A stretch of DNA of 64,000 bases. Origin: Actinobacteria bacterium UBA7524 (GTDB lineage Bacteria; Actinomycetota; Coriobacteriia; Anaerosomatales; UBA912). Positions 10,019 through 17,889 of this stretch are shown piece after piece (within the stretch, counting starts at the first letter, position 1; every line of letters starts with the position of its first letter). Under the pieces are notes generated by a model that ran no database searches, had not been told where the DNA came from, and was given only the letters and a program-made list of their open reading frames with translations. The translations under genes were made by a program, and so were the position numbers. The stretch spans positions 1 to 64,000 of the forward strand of contig DLMY01000031.1 in assembly GCA_002478275.1 (NCBI GenBank), in the 5' to 3' direction.

Positions 10019-10456
10019 TTAGAACGGGATCTCCTCGCCGTCGGCTGGACCGCCGTCGGCTGGACCGCTGTCCTCCGGTGAGGGCGCAGCCGGCTGTCCG
10101 CCGCCGAACCCGGAACCGGAGCCCTCGCGCGACGACAGGAACTCTATGTCGTCCGCCACGACCTCCAGTTTCGAGCGCTTTTCGCCCTGCTGGTTCTCCC
10201 ATGAAGACCAACGCAGCTTGCCCTCGATGGCGACCTTGGAGCCCTTGGACAAGAAGCGGGGCAACGCCTCGGCGCGCGCACCGAAGACGGTGACGTCCAC
10301 GAAGTTGGGGACGTCCTCCCACTCACCTGTCTGCTGGTTCTTGCGCCGGTCGTTCACTGCCACACCCATCTTGAGCACGGCCATGCCCGACGACGTTGAA
10401 CGGAGCTCCGGGTCCCTGGTGAGGTTACCCGTTATGACGACTCGATTGATTCCCAC
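10019..10456 (-). CDS. ssb: Single-stranded DNA-binding protein
   Basis: NRVVITGNLTRDPELR; acidic tail EEIPF. Confidence 0.97.
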   Translation of the reverse strand: MGINRVVITGNLTRDPELRSTSSGMAVLKMGVAVNDRRKNQQTGEWEDVPNFVDVTVFGARAEALPRFLSKGSKVAIEGKLRWSSWENQQGEKRSKLEVVADDIEFLSSREGSGSGFGGGQPAAPSPEDSGPADGGPADGEEIPF

Positions 10457-10549
10457 TGTGATCACCTTCTCGTTCGCGTAAACGTCACGGCCGACCCGGC
10501 TCGTTCGCTACATCCGTGACGGCCGGTCTTCCGGTCGTCTTGGAGTCGA

Positions 10550-10843
10550 CTAGTCCTTGTCTTCACGACGGACCAGCATGTAGCGCACGACGGGATCGGT
10601 GATGTGCAGCACGCGGTCGATCTCGGCGATCGCGCCCGGTGTGGCGTGGAAGTCCACGACGACATAATCGCCTTCGGTGAGATCTTCGATCTCATAGGCG
10701 AGCCGGCGCTTGCCCCAGGAGTCAACCTTGTCGACGACACCACTGTCAGCGGCAATGAGACCCTGGACCTTCTCGAGGGCAGCTTCGCGAGCGTCCTCTT
10801 CGAGAGTGGGGTTGAGCATAAGCATGAGTTCGTAAGCCTTCAC
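10550..10843 (-). CDS. rpsF: 30S ribosomal protein S6
   Basis: YELMLML, WGKRRLAYEI. Confidence 0.97.
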   Translation of the reverse strand: MKAYELMLMLNPTLEEDAREAALEKVQGLIAADSGVVDKVDSWGKRRLAYEIEDLTEGDYVVVDFHATPGAIAEIDRVLHITDPVVRYMLVRREDKD

Positions 10844-10849
10844 TTGTTC

Positions 10850-10910
10850 ACCTCCTCTGGGCTCAAGCGGCCCCGGGACAGGAAGGCAGTAGCCCGGAGC
10901 AGGAAATGAA
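10850..10910 (-). ncRNA. Putative S6:S18 autoregulatory ribosomal leader
   Basis: rpsF 5' UTR: GGGCT..AGCCC stem, GGCCGCTT (CCG) element, stem abutting AGAGGAGG SD; upstream TTGCAG-N17-TACACT promoter. Confidence 0.6.
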
Positions 10911-10924
10911 GCTTCAGGAGTGTA

Positions 10925-11989
10925 TCACCGGCCGACCGCGGCTGCAACATCATCCCCGACCGGTATGACATCTCCCTGAAGCTCTTGCACACGCATCCGC
11001 CACAGCGGCCACAGGCCGAGCAGGGCGACAAGACCGACTGCGGGTACCAGCGAGACGACTCGCCGTTTCACCGTCGATGTCGGCCTGGAAGAAACGTGTG
11101 GCGTATCGCGGGTTTGCAGGCCTCTGGCCTCCACGCCTTCGGTGTGTCGGCTCCGTCGGGCCATCGCGGTCAAAGCCTGCGGTCCCGCCGGGGCGGCCAC
11201 AGCTGGCGCCCCGCCCCACGCACCTGCGGCGCTGGAACCGCTGTTCGCCACCACTCCAGCCGTGGAGCTACCAGCCCTCTCCGCAGATCCTCGCAGAACA
11301 GCATGTCCGACGGGCGAAGCCGCAACACTCTCCGCCCCCTGGGCGCTTGCGGCCGTGACCGCCTGCCCGACCACACTCTCACCGACGGGTGTGCTTGCCG
11401 GGGCTTGCTCCGCGACCGGCATGGTCCCGCCGGATGCGACCGCTGGTGCCTCGGCGCCCATGTGCGCTTCCACGGGTTCCGGCACAGGCGGCTCGACAAC
11501 GGATACCGCAGGCGCCACGAGCAGGGTCATGGGGTCGATGTAGAGTTCCGCGCGACGCACGCTGACGTGCAGGTGAGGTTCGGCGCAACTGGCGTCACCG
11601 CCGGCAGCCACCGCGCCGAGCAGCTGCCCGGCCCCGACATCCCGACCGGCGCTGACGGCCAGCTCTTCGAGTGGCATGTATGTGATCTTGAGGCCGTCCG
11701 GCAACTGCACCGTGACCGCCCCACACGTCGCGCCGGGGCCGGCCGGGACCCGGCCTGCGAAGGTCACTTGCCCCGCGAACGCCGCGAACGCCGTCGCACC
11801 CGGTGACGCGGCCAGGTCGACGCCGCGGTGGACCGAGGTACCTTCGGCGTGTTGATAGGTGCCGCCGTAGGCGAGCAGTACCCGCGCGGGTTCCGCGAAC
11901 GGCCAGCCTTCCGCCAACGCGCACTGCGGCGCCACGAGCAGGGCCCAACATCCTGCCAGGATCGCACACCACCAGGAGACTCTGCCCAT
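10925..11989 (-). CDS. M23 family metallopeptidase with signal peptide and C-terminal TM anchor
   Basis: HRGVD and HLH Zn motifs, YIDP, long Ala/Ser/Pro linker, hydrophobic C-terminal helix. Confidence 0.82.
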   Translation of the reverse strand: MGRVSWWCAILAGCWALLVAPQCALAEGWPFAEPARVLLAYGGTYQHAEGTSVHRGVDLAASPGATAFAAFAGQVTFAGRVPAGPGATCGAVTVQLPDGLKITYMPLEELAVSAGRDVGAGQLLGAVAAGGDASCAEPHLHVSVRRAELYIDPMTLLVAPAVSVVEPPVPEPVEAHMGAEAPAVASGGTMPVAEQAPASTPVGESVVGQAVTAASAQGAESVAASPVGHAVLRGSAERAGSSTAGVVANSGSSAAGAWGGAPAVAAPAGPQALTAMARRSRHTEGVEARGLQTRDTPHVSSRPTSTVKRRVVSLVPAVGLVALLGLWPLWRMRVQELQGDVIPVGDDVAAAVGR

Positions 11990-12048
11990 GACGCACCCCT
12001 CTCGCTTGTTCCACCAGGAGGGGTGCGGTGGAGGTATACTGGTCTATG

Positions 12049-12062
12049 CGAACAGATGTTCG
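12049..12062. promoter_or_regulatory. LexA (SOS) box
   Basis: CGAAC-AGAT-GTTCG, perfect Gram-positive consensus, about 60 bp upstream of the M23 gene start. Confidence 0.75.
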
Positions 12063-12129
12063 GCTTCGATGCCTGGATTCCTGCCGGCGCACGACGAGCG
12101 GCACCAGGAATCCGACAGGCGGCATATGA

Positions 12130-12156
12130 CAAGGACCGCCATCAAGGCGGTCCTTG
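12130..12156 (-). terminator. Hairpin downstream of tRNA-Gly
   Basis: CAAGGACCGCC-ATCAA-GGCGGTCCTTG inverted repeat. Confidence 0.65.
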
Positions 12157-12166
12157 GTCCGTCACA

Positions 12167-12242
12167 TGGAGCGGGCAACGGGTCTCGAACCCGCGACCTA
12201 CAGCTTGGGAAGCTGTCGCTCTACCAACTGAGCTATGCCCGC
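12167..12242 (-). tRNA. tRNA-Gly (CCC)
   Basis: GCGGGCATAGCTCAGTTGGTAGAGC..TTCCCAA..GGTTCGAGACCC..GCCCGCTCCA cloverleaf with encoded CCA. Confidence 0.97.
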
Positions 12243-12355
12243 GTGACTCACAACGCGTGACGCATTGTAGACCGTACGCCGCGCCGGTCGCAAACTCGAC
12301 CAGGGGCGCCGAGCGACCCACGTGACATCCGGCGGCTACAGCGGCGCCCGCCTCC

Positions 12356-13024
12356 CTACGTACCCGTCAGTGCCTTCTTGAGATCGCGTTCCCTGTCCAC
12401 GTTCGTGAACGCGATGACGGTGTCACCCGGCTGGAGTCGCGTGTCTCCATGAACGGTGACGATCTCGTCGTCGCCCCTGATCAGCGCGACCAGGATGCAG
12501 TCGGACGGCAGGTTCAGCGATGCGATGTCCCTGTCGCAGACCACGCACCGGTCGGTGGGAAGTTCGATCTCCACGATGGCCATCCGCCCGCGCCTGAGCG
12601 CGATCAGCGTCCGGATGTCACCCACCGTAGCCTCTTCCTCGATCATCCGGGAGATGATGTTGGTCGAGGAGATCGCTTCGATGCCCAGGGCGTTGAAGAT
12701 ACGCTCGTTCTTGGGGTTGTTCACCCGCGCGATGGCTCTGGGCACACCGAACGCCACCTTCGACAACTGGCAGGCGACCAGGTTGTCGTCGTCGTCTCCG
12801 GTGGATGCTACGAAGACGTCGGCCCGCGAGACCCCTGCGTCCTCCTGGAATTGCGAGTCGCACCCGTCTCCGTGGATGATCAACGCCCGGTCCGGCAGCT
12901 CGGCCGTGAGCTTCTCCACGATCTCTCTGCGTCGCTCGATCAGGGCCACGTCGTGACCGGACTCGAGCATCGTGCGGGCCAGGTACGACGCGACCTTGCC
13001 GCCGCCGTTGATGACGATGAACAT
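12356..13024 (-). CDS. trkA: TrkA/KtrA potassium uptake regulatory subunit
   Basis: GGGKVA Rossmann fold, HGDG, DDDNLVAC, RCK_C domain. Confidence 0.9.
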   Translation of the reverse strand: MFIVINGGGKVASYLARTMLESGHDVALIERRREIVEKLTAELPDRALIIHGDGCDSQFQEDAGVSRADVFVASTGDDDDNLVACQLSKVAFGVPRAIARVNNPKNERIFNALGIEAISSTNIISRMIEEEATVGDIRTLIALRRGRMAIVEIELPTDRCVVCDRDIASLNLPSDCILVALIRGDDEIVTVHGDTRLQPGDTVIAFTNVDRERDLKKALTGT

Positions 13025-13027
13025 CGG

Positions 13028-13669
13028 TCACTCCTCCATGTAGCGCTCGATCTTGGCGAACGCGTCTTCTTTGACCGACCCTAGGATCCTGTCACCCGCA
13101 TGCAGCACGGTGTCCGGGTCCGGGATGAACATCGCGTCACCGCGCGAAACGGCTGCGATCCTGAAACGGTGCTTGATCTCGACCTCGGAGGCCTTCTTGC
13201 CCTCGATCGCCGAACTGCCGAGGAACTGCACGACCTCCACGTCCCCCACACTTGCGATGTGGTGGCCGTGACCCGCCATGATCTTCTCCATCAGGACCTC
13301 TGCCACGAGCGTGGTGCCACACACGTAATCCAGCCCCAGCTGCGTGTACGTGCGCTCGCGGACCGGGTTGTAGAGTCTCGCGACCACGTGACGCACCCCG
13401 AAGATCTTCCTTGCCACCTCGGCGGCCATGAGGTTCGTGTTGTCCAGGTTCGTCACCGCGGCGAACGCATCGCACTCGCGGACACCGGCTTCCTCCAGGA
13501 TGTCCTCGTCGAACCCGAGGCCTTTGAGGGTCACGCCGTTGAACACACTGCCCAGACGCTTGAACGCCTCCGGGTCCTTGTCGATGACCACCACATTGTG
13601 TCCCTCGATGGAAAGCAGGGTGGACAACTGCGAGCCCACTCGGCCACAACCCACCACGATGACGTTCAT
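13028..13669 (-). CDS. trkA: TrkA/KtrA potassium uptake regulatory subunit
   Basis: GCGRVG, DNTNLMAA, RCK_C domain; tandem pair like CeoB/CeoC. Confidence 0.9.
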   Translation of the reverse strand: MNVIVVGCGRVGSQLSTLLSIEGHNVVVIDKDPEAFKRLGSVFNGVTLKGLGFDEDILEEAGVRECDAFAAVTNLDNTNLMAAEVARKIFGVRHVVARLYNPVRERTYTQLGLDYVCGTTLVAEVLMEKIMAGHGHHIASVGDVEVVQFLGSSAIEGKKASEVEIKHRFRIAAVSRGDAMFIPDPDTVLHAGDRILGSVKEDAFAKIERYMEE

Positions 13670-13782
13670 GAAACCGACCCGCTTTCATCCCACCGTCGGC
13701 AACGTGCCCTGAAGGCACCGATTATCGGACGCTACCCCCGTCCGGCGCCACGTGTCAACAACCCGGTCCGATGCCTAAGACG

Positions 13783-13817
13783 CAGAGGCGCCCATCCCTT
13801 ACGGACGGACGCCCCTG
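13783..13817 (-). terminator. Hairpin after the small Zn-ribbon gene
   Basis: 15-bp stem CAGGGGCGTCCGTCC/GGATGGGCGCCTCTG with G-U pairs. Confidence 0.6.
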
Positions 13818-13842
13818 ACAGGATCGCAGACTTCTGTCGTTG

Positions 13843-13989
13843 CTACTTGCCGATCTTGAAGATCTTCGTCCCGCAAACGGGGCAGGTGCCCTGCGTGGCC
13901 GGACGGCCGTTCTTCATGGTGATCTCCTGCGCGTCAACGATCTCGCGCTTCTCCTTGCACTTTACGCAGTAGCCTTCCTTGGCAGCCAT
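13843..13989 (-). CDS. 48-aa Zn-ribbon protein (DUF5679-like)
   Basis: YCVKCK..MKNGRPA..GTCPVCGTK; AAGGAG RBS. Confidence 0.85.
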   Translation of the reverse strand: MAAKEGYCVKCKEKREIVDAQEITMKNGRPATQGTCPVCGTKIFKIGK

Positions 13990-14096
13990 GCACGGCTCCT
14001 TCCACGATAGACCGACACGAACGGGCCCGTTACGGGTCTCGGTTTCCCTCCCGGGTTTGAAACACCTAGAGAAGTTTACACTTCTTGCGCATCTTG

Positions 14097-14777
14097 TCAT
14101 GCACTATCGGACGGACGGGGCGCCCACCTTCGTTCGAGCAGGCGCGCAGCAGCGTACATCAGAGCACCGCCGAGGAGAACCGATACGGCCCACGCGACAC
14201 CTGAGATGATCCAGAACGGCTCCGGGAAAAGCTGGATCAGCAAGTCATCGGCAGGGAATTGCCACGTGCCTTCCTCGAAGAACAGACCGTGGAACGCCGA
14301 GAAGAACCGTCCGAAGTCGAGCAGCGCTGCGAGCAGGGAGACACCGGCGGCGGAAACGAGCATCACCGCACCGGTCTTGAGCCCCGCGACCAGCGGTCCG
14401 CTCTCCCGGCGACCGAGACGGACACCGATCCAGGCCGCCAGAAGTGCGGCGAGCACACCGGTCGCCAGGCGTGCGCCACGGATCACAGCACGAACGTCGT
14501 CGAGATGTGCAACGGCCCGGACCCCGAATCCCTCTCGCGACCCCACGACGGCCGGCAAAGGCTCGCGGTTGCTGCCCGCCACGTACCCGCGAACAAGCTC
14601 AGCAGAGCGCAGCGCGGACTCCGCTGATAGACCCGCCTCTCCCGCGACCTCGAGCCGCTGCACCAGGACGCGCGTGAACGCCGGAGCCAGCAGAAGCAAC
14701 ACCGCCAGTCCCACCACGAGCAAGGCGGACGCCGCGCCTGCGGCTAGCGACTCCGCGCGGCCGAGACCGCTACTCAT
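14097..14777 (-). CDS. DUF1461/TIGR01906 membrane protein (Lit lipoprotein transacylase-like)
   Basis: HLDDVR, FSAFHGLFF, W.F..DDLLIQLFPE motifs. Confidence 0.75.
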   Translation of the reverse strand: MSSGLGRAESLAAGAASALLVVGLAVLLLLAPAFTRVLVQRLEVAGEAGLSAESALRSAELVRGYVAGSNREPLPAVVGSREGFGVRAVAHLDDVRAVIRGARLATGVLAALLAAWIGVRLGRRESGPLVAGLKTGAVMLVSAAGVSLLAALLDFGRFFSAFHGLFFEEGTWQFPADDLLIQLFPEPFWIISGVAWAVSVLLGGALMYAAARLLERRWAPRPSDSA

Positions 14778-15991
14778 CCCTCTAGGCCCACGACATGGAC
14801 GCTGTTGCCGCCACGCGAGAGCGCATCCTGAAGCGCGCCGTCGGCGACGGTCAGCAGCTCGTCGGGGGTGGTCCCGTGATGCGGTCCGAATACGACGCCC
14901 ACACTCACGGTCACGCCTGCGTCACCCACACGAGCCCTTTCGGCCGCCGCTCGCACAGCCTCGGCTGTGGCCGTTGCGAACTCGGGCAGCGGGGAGTCTC
15001 CCGCGCACTCCTCGTGCAGCACCGCGACGAATTCCTCGCCTCCGTACCGCGCGAGCAGGCTGCCCTCGCCAGGCGTACCCTCGGCACAACCCGCAACGAC
15101 TTCACCCATCGCGCCGGCTACCGCCTGCAGCACCCGGTCTCCGCGCTCGAAGCCGAACACCTCATTGAACGCCGCGAGGTCATCGATGTCGATCAGCAGC
15201 ACAGCGACCATGCGCCCGTCACGCTGTGCGCGATGCAGCTCGCTGGCAAGCGCACGATTGAGGTACCCCCGTTCGTACAGACCGGTCTTCTCATCGGTGA
15301 TGGAGCTGGCCGCGAGCGTCTCCTCGCGACGTCGGACCGTCTCGGTCATCATCGTGCCGACGTTGGCCACGCCCGCAAGCACCGTGGTCTGCCATAAGAA
15401 GCGTACGAACACATAGGTGAAGTTCCGGTACAACTCACCGGATACGAACGGCACTTTCACGTGGGTGAGCAAACCGAAGTACTCGCCCCACAAGACCACT
15501 CCCTGCACGAACAGACAGAAGGCGGCGATAGCCCATGCATGGAACCGCCTGGGCAGGATGAACGCCGCTTCCAGGACGAACAGAGGGTACATCGCCCAGA
15601 ACCACGAGTGCGCTCCGCCCGAGTAGTGCACGAGCACAGCCACGACCAGCGCATCGAACATGAGCTGCGCATGGTTGAGGATGGCGATGTTGCCCAGCTT
15701 GCGATACGTAAGATGGTAGAAGGTGTTGTAGCCGACCACGAACACCATCGCCAACGCGGGGACCATGAGGTTCTTGAGTATCTCGAAGAGCGGCATCTCG
15801 AGCGTGTAGGCCCACATCCCGAGCACCGAGTAGACCGCCAGTGCGGCGACGAGCGTCCAGCGTACCCGGATCACGAGACCGACCCGCTCGATGTTGGCGA
15901 GCTGGGCCTCGATGTCGTACCTGTTGAGCTGATCGCGCGACGAGACGACCAGGTGGCGCATGAGCATCTTGGTGATGCGGTTCGCTGTCAC
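14774..15991 (-). CDS. Membrane-bound GGDEF domain protein
   Basis: About six N-terminal TMs, TDEKTGL, DIDD, RYGGEEF. Confidence 0.88.
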   Translation of the reverse strand: MTANRITKMLMRHLVVSSRDQLNRYDIEAQLANIERVGLVIRVRWTLVAALAVYSVLGMWAYTLEMPLFEILKNLMVPALAMVFVVGYNTFYHLTYRKLGNIAILNHAQLMFDALVVAVLVHYSGGAHSWFWAMYPLFVLEAAFILPRRFHAWAIAAFCLFVQGVVLWGEYFGLLTHVKVPFVSGELYRNFTYVFVRFLWQTTVLAGVANVGTMMTETVRRREETLAASSITDEKTGLYERGYLNRALASELHRAQRDGRMVAVLLIDIDDLAAFNEVFGFERGDRVLQAVAGAMGEVVAGCAEGTPGEGSLLARYGGEEFVAVLHEECAGDSPLPEFATATAEAVRAAAERARVGDAGVTVSVGVVFGPHHGTTPDELLTVADGALQDALSRGGNSVHVVGLEG

Positions 15992-16152
15992 GTCCGGCCT
16001 CCACAGGGGGCGTTCTTCATGCGGCGATCATCGAGGGGGTCGTTCGAAGTGTACCTGCGCGCAACTTCAGACCGCAACGCCGAGCGTCCGCGGCATCCCT
16101 CTTGCTGCCTGATGGGTATACTCGGTATCGTCGCCAGCCCACAAGGAGAGCC

Positions 16153-17178
16153 GTGGACATAGCTTCGACTCAGGCACAGATTGCGCGACTTATCGACCTC
16201 CTGTCGACGTGGGGCGGCCCCATCCAGGCTGTCTTGCCCTTCGCGGCCATTGCCCTGTTCGTCGTGGCCGTCGTCCCCTCACTACGGCGCTGGCTGCCCG
16301 TCGCACTGGGCGCGTCGCTGGCCCTCCTCGTGATCGGCGAAGCGTTACTCACCTGGTTCCACTGGCGATTGTGGGAGCTTTGCCAGGTGGTCAACCCGAT
16401 GACCGGCGCGGTCCACGGCTCCGTCGCGGTACCGCTCTGGGTCGAATCGGAGAAGCTCTACGTGTGGGGGCTCGTGGTGGCTGTCCTCGGCATGTCGATC
16501 AGGCGCCACCGTGCGGAGCTTCTGCCCGGCGCGGCCATCACGACCGCGCTGCTGATGTTCGGCGCTGCGCTCTGGGGCAAGCCGTTCACAGAACCGCTGC
16601 CTCAGTTCCTCGGCCAGTACGCGGGGTACCTGCAAGCGATGGGGTCCGGCGTCCCCCAACTCGCCGAGCAGGCGTTCCGAGGGATGGAAGGATCGCGCCA
16701 GTTCTACTACAACACCTGGTACATGTGGGTGCACCCGCCGCTGCTCTTCATCAGCTACGGCGCGTTCGCCCTGTCGTTCATCGCCACGCTGCAGATGCTG
16801 CGCACCCGCTTCTCGGCGTACGAGACCACCGCGTACCGCTGGGCGCGCTTCGGCTACCTGCCGTTGACCGCGGGTATGCTGATCGGCTTCCCGTGGGCGA
16901 TCCTCGCCTGGCAGGGCGAGTCGTGGTGGTGGTCGGGCAAGGTCAACATGTCGATCATGATGTGGCTGCTCTACACCGCCGTTCTCCACGCCCGCCTGTA
17001 TCTGCGGCGGCGCGGCATGTGGCGCTGGGTGGCCGCCCTGGCCGTCCTGTCGTTCGTGGTCCTCGTCCTGACCTACCTGGCCACCTACATCGTGCCGGGC
17101 GCACACAGCTACGCGCTCGCCGCCCCTCCGCCCGCCGCCATGGCATCCCTCACCCCGATCGCGGGAGGTATCGCATGA
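16153..17178 (+). CDS. Cytochrome c biogenesis heme lyase (CcsA/CcmF-N like)
   Basis: HPPLLF, Trp-rich WQGESWWWSGK, WLLYTAVLHAR, GAHSYA; AAGGAG RBS before GTG. Confidence 0.8.
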   Translation: MDIASTQAQIARLIDLLSTWGGPIQAVLPFAAIALFVVAVVPSLRRWLPVALGASLALLVIGEALLTWFHWRLWELCQVVNPMTGAVHGSVAVPLWVESEKLYVWGLVVAVLGMSIRRHRAELLPGAAITTALLMFGAALWGKPFTEPLPQFLGQYAGYLQAMGSGVPQLAEQAFRGMEGSRQFYYNTWYMWVHPPLLFISYGAFALSFIATLQMLRTRFSAYETTAYRWARFGYLPLTAGMLIGFPWAILAWQGESWWWSGKVNMSIMMWLLYTAVLHARLYLRRRGMWRWVAALAVLSFVVLVLTYLATYIVPGAHSYALAAPPPAAMASLTPIAGGIA

Positions 17179-17876
17179 ACGACCCCGTCGACATCACTCC
17201 CGTACCTGCCGAGGAGACCCCTGCCCGCCCCCGCGTAGCCGCTTCTTCCATCGCGAACGCGCGCGGGTGGGACTTCGCGCTGATGATGGCCACCGTAGTG
17301 CTGTTCGGCGGGCTTGGGCTGCAGTCCTTCCTCGGCACTGTGTACGTGTGGTGGGCGGAGAACTCGGTCCCCGGGTGGAATGCCACGGGATACCCCGGCT
17401 ACATCCAGGCGATGAACGCGATCGCGGCGCCGCAGATCATCCTGCTGGTGGTGATCATGGGACTGTGCGTCCCCAAGCGGCTGTTCTCCCGTACCGCCTT
17501 GCTCGCCGTGTCCGGCGGGATGCTCGCGTGCGGGCTGCTGGTGTGGGCCGTCGACGGCTCGTTGGCTGCGGGACTCACCGCGTACCTGTTCCTCGCGGCG
17601 CTCATCCAGGTGGCGGTCGTCGTCATGACGGTCGCCGGCGCGCGCGGTCCGTCCTACCTGACCGAAGGACGCCTGACGAAGACCGGCTCAGGCCTGCTCC
17701 ACCTGGGCTTCATCGTGTTCGCGATCGTAGTGGTCGCGCTGCAGCGGTCCACGCTGATGCTGCCGGTGTTCTGGGCATCGACCGCGCTCATGCTCGTCGG
17801 CACGGTCATGTCGTTCTACGCCGACAGACTGGCGGTCCGCAGAGTGCAGCGCGTCGTGGTGGAACGCGAGTTCTAG
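17175..17876 (+). CDS. Polytopic membrane protein coupled to the heme lyase
   Basis: ATGA overlap, GGAGG RBS, about six TMs, GSGLLHLG. Confidence 0.7.
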   Translation: MNDPVDITPVPAEETPARPRVAASSIANARGWDFALMMATVVLFGGLGLQSFLGTVYVWWAENSVPGWNATGYPGYIQAMNAIAAPQIILLVVIMGLCVPKRLFSRTALLAVSGGMLACGLLVWAVDGSLAAGLTAYLFLAALIQVAVVVMTVAGARGPSYLTEGRLTKTGSGLLHLGFIVFAIVVVALQRSTLMLPVFWASTALMLVGTVMSFYADRLAVRRVQRVVVEREF

Positions 17877-17889
17877 CCCCCGGCCCCGC

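Noticed and set aside
12076..12242. Integrated element at tRNA-Gly
   Set aside because: No integrase and no duplicated tRNA 3' end; flanked by ordinary genes and hairpins.
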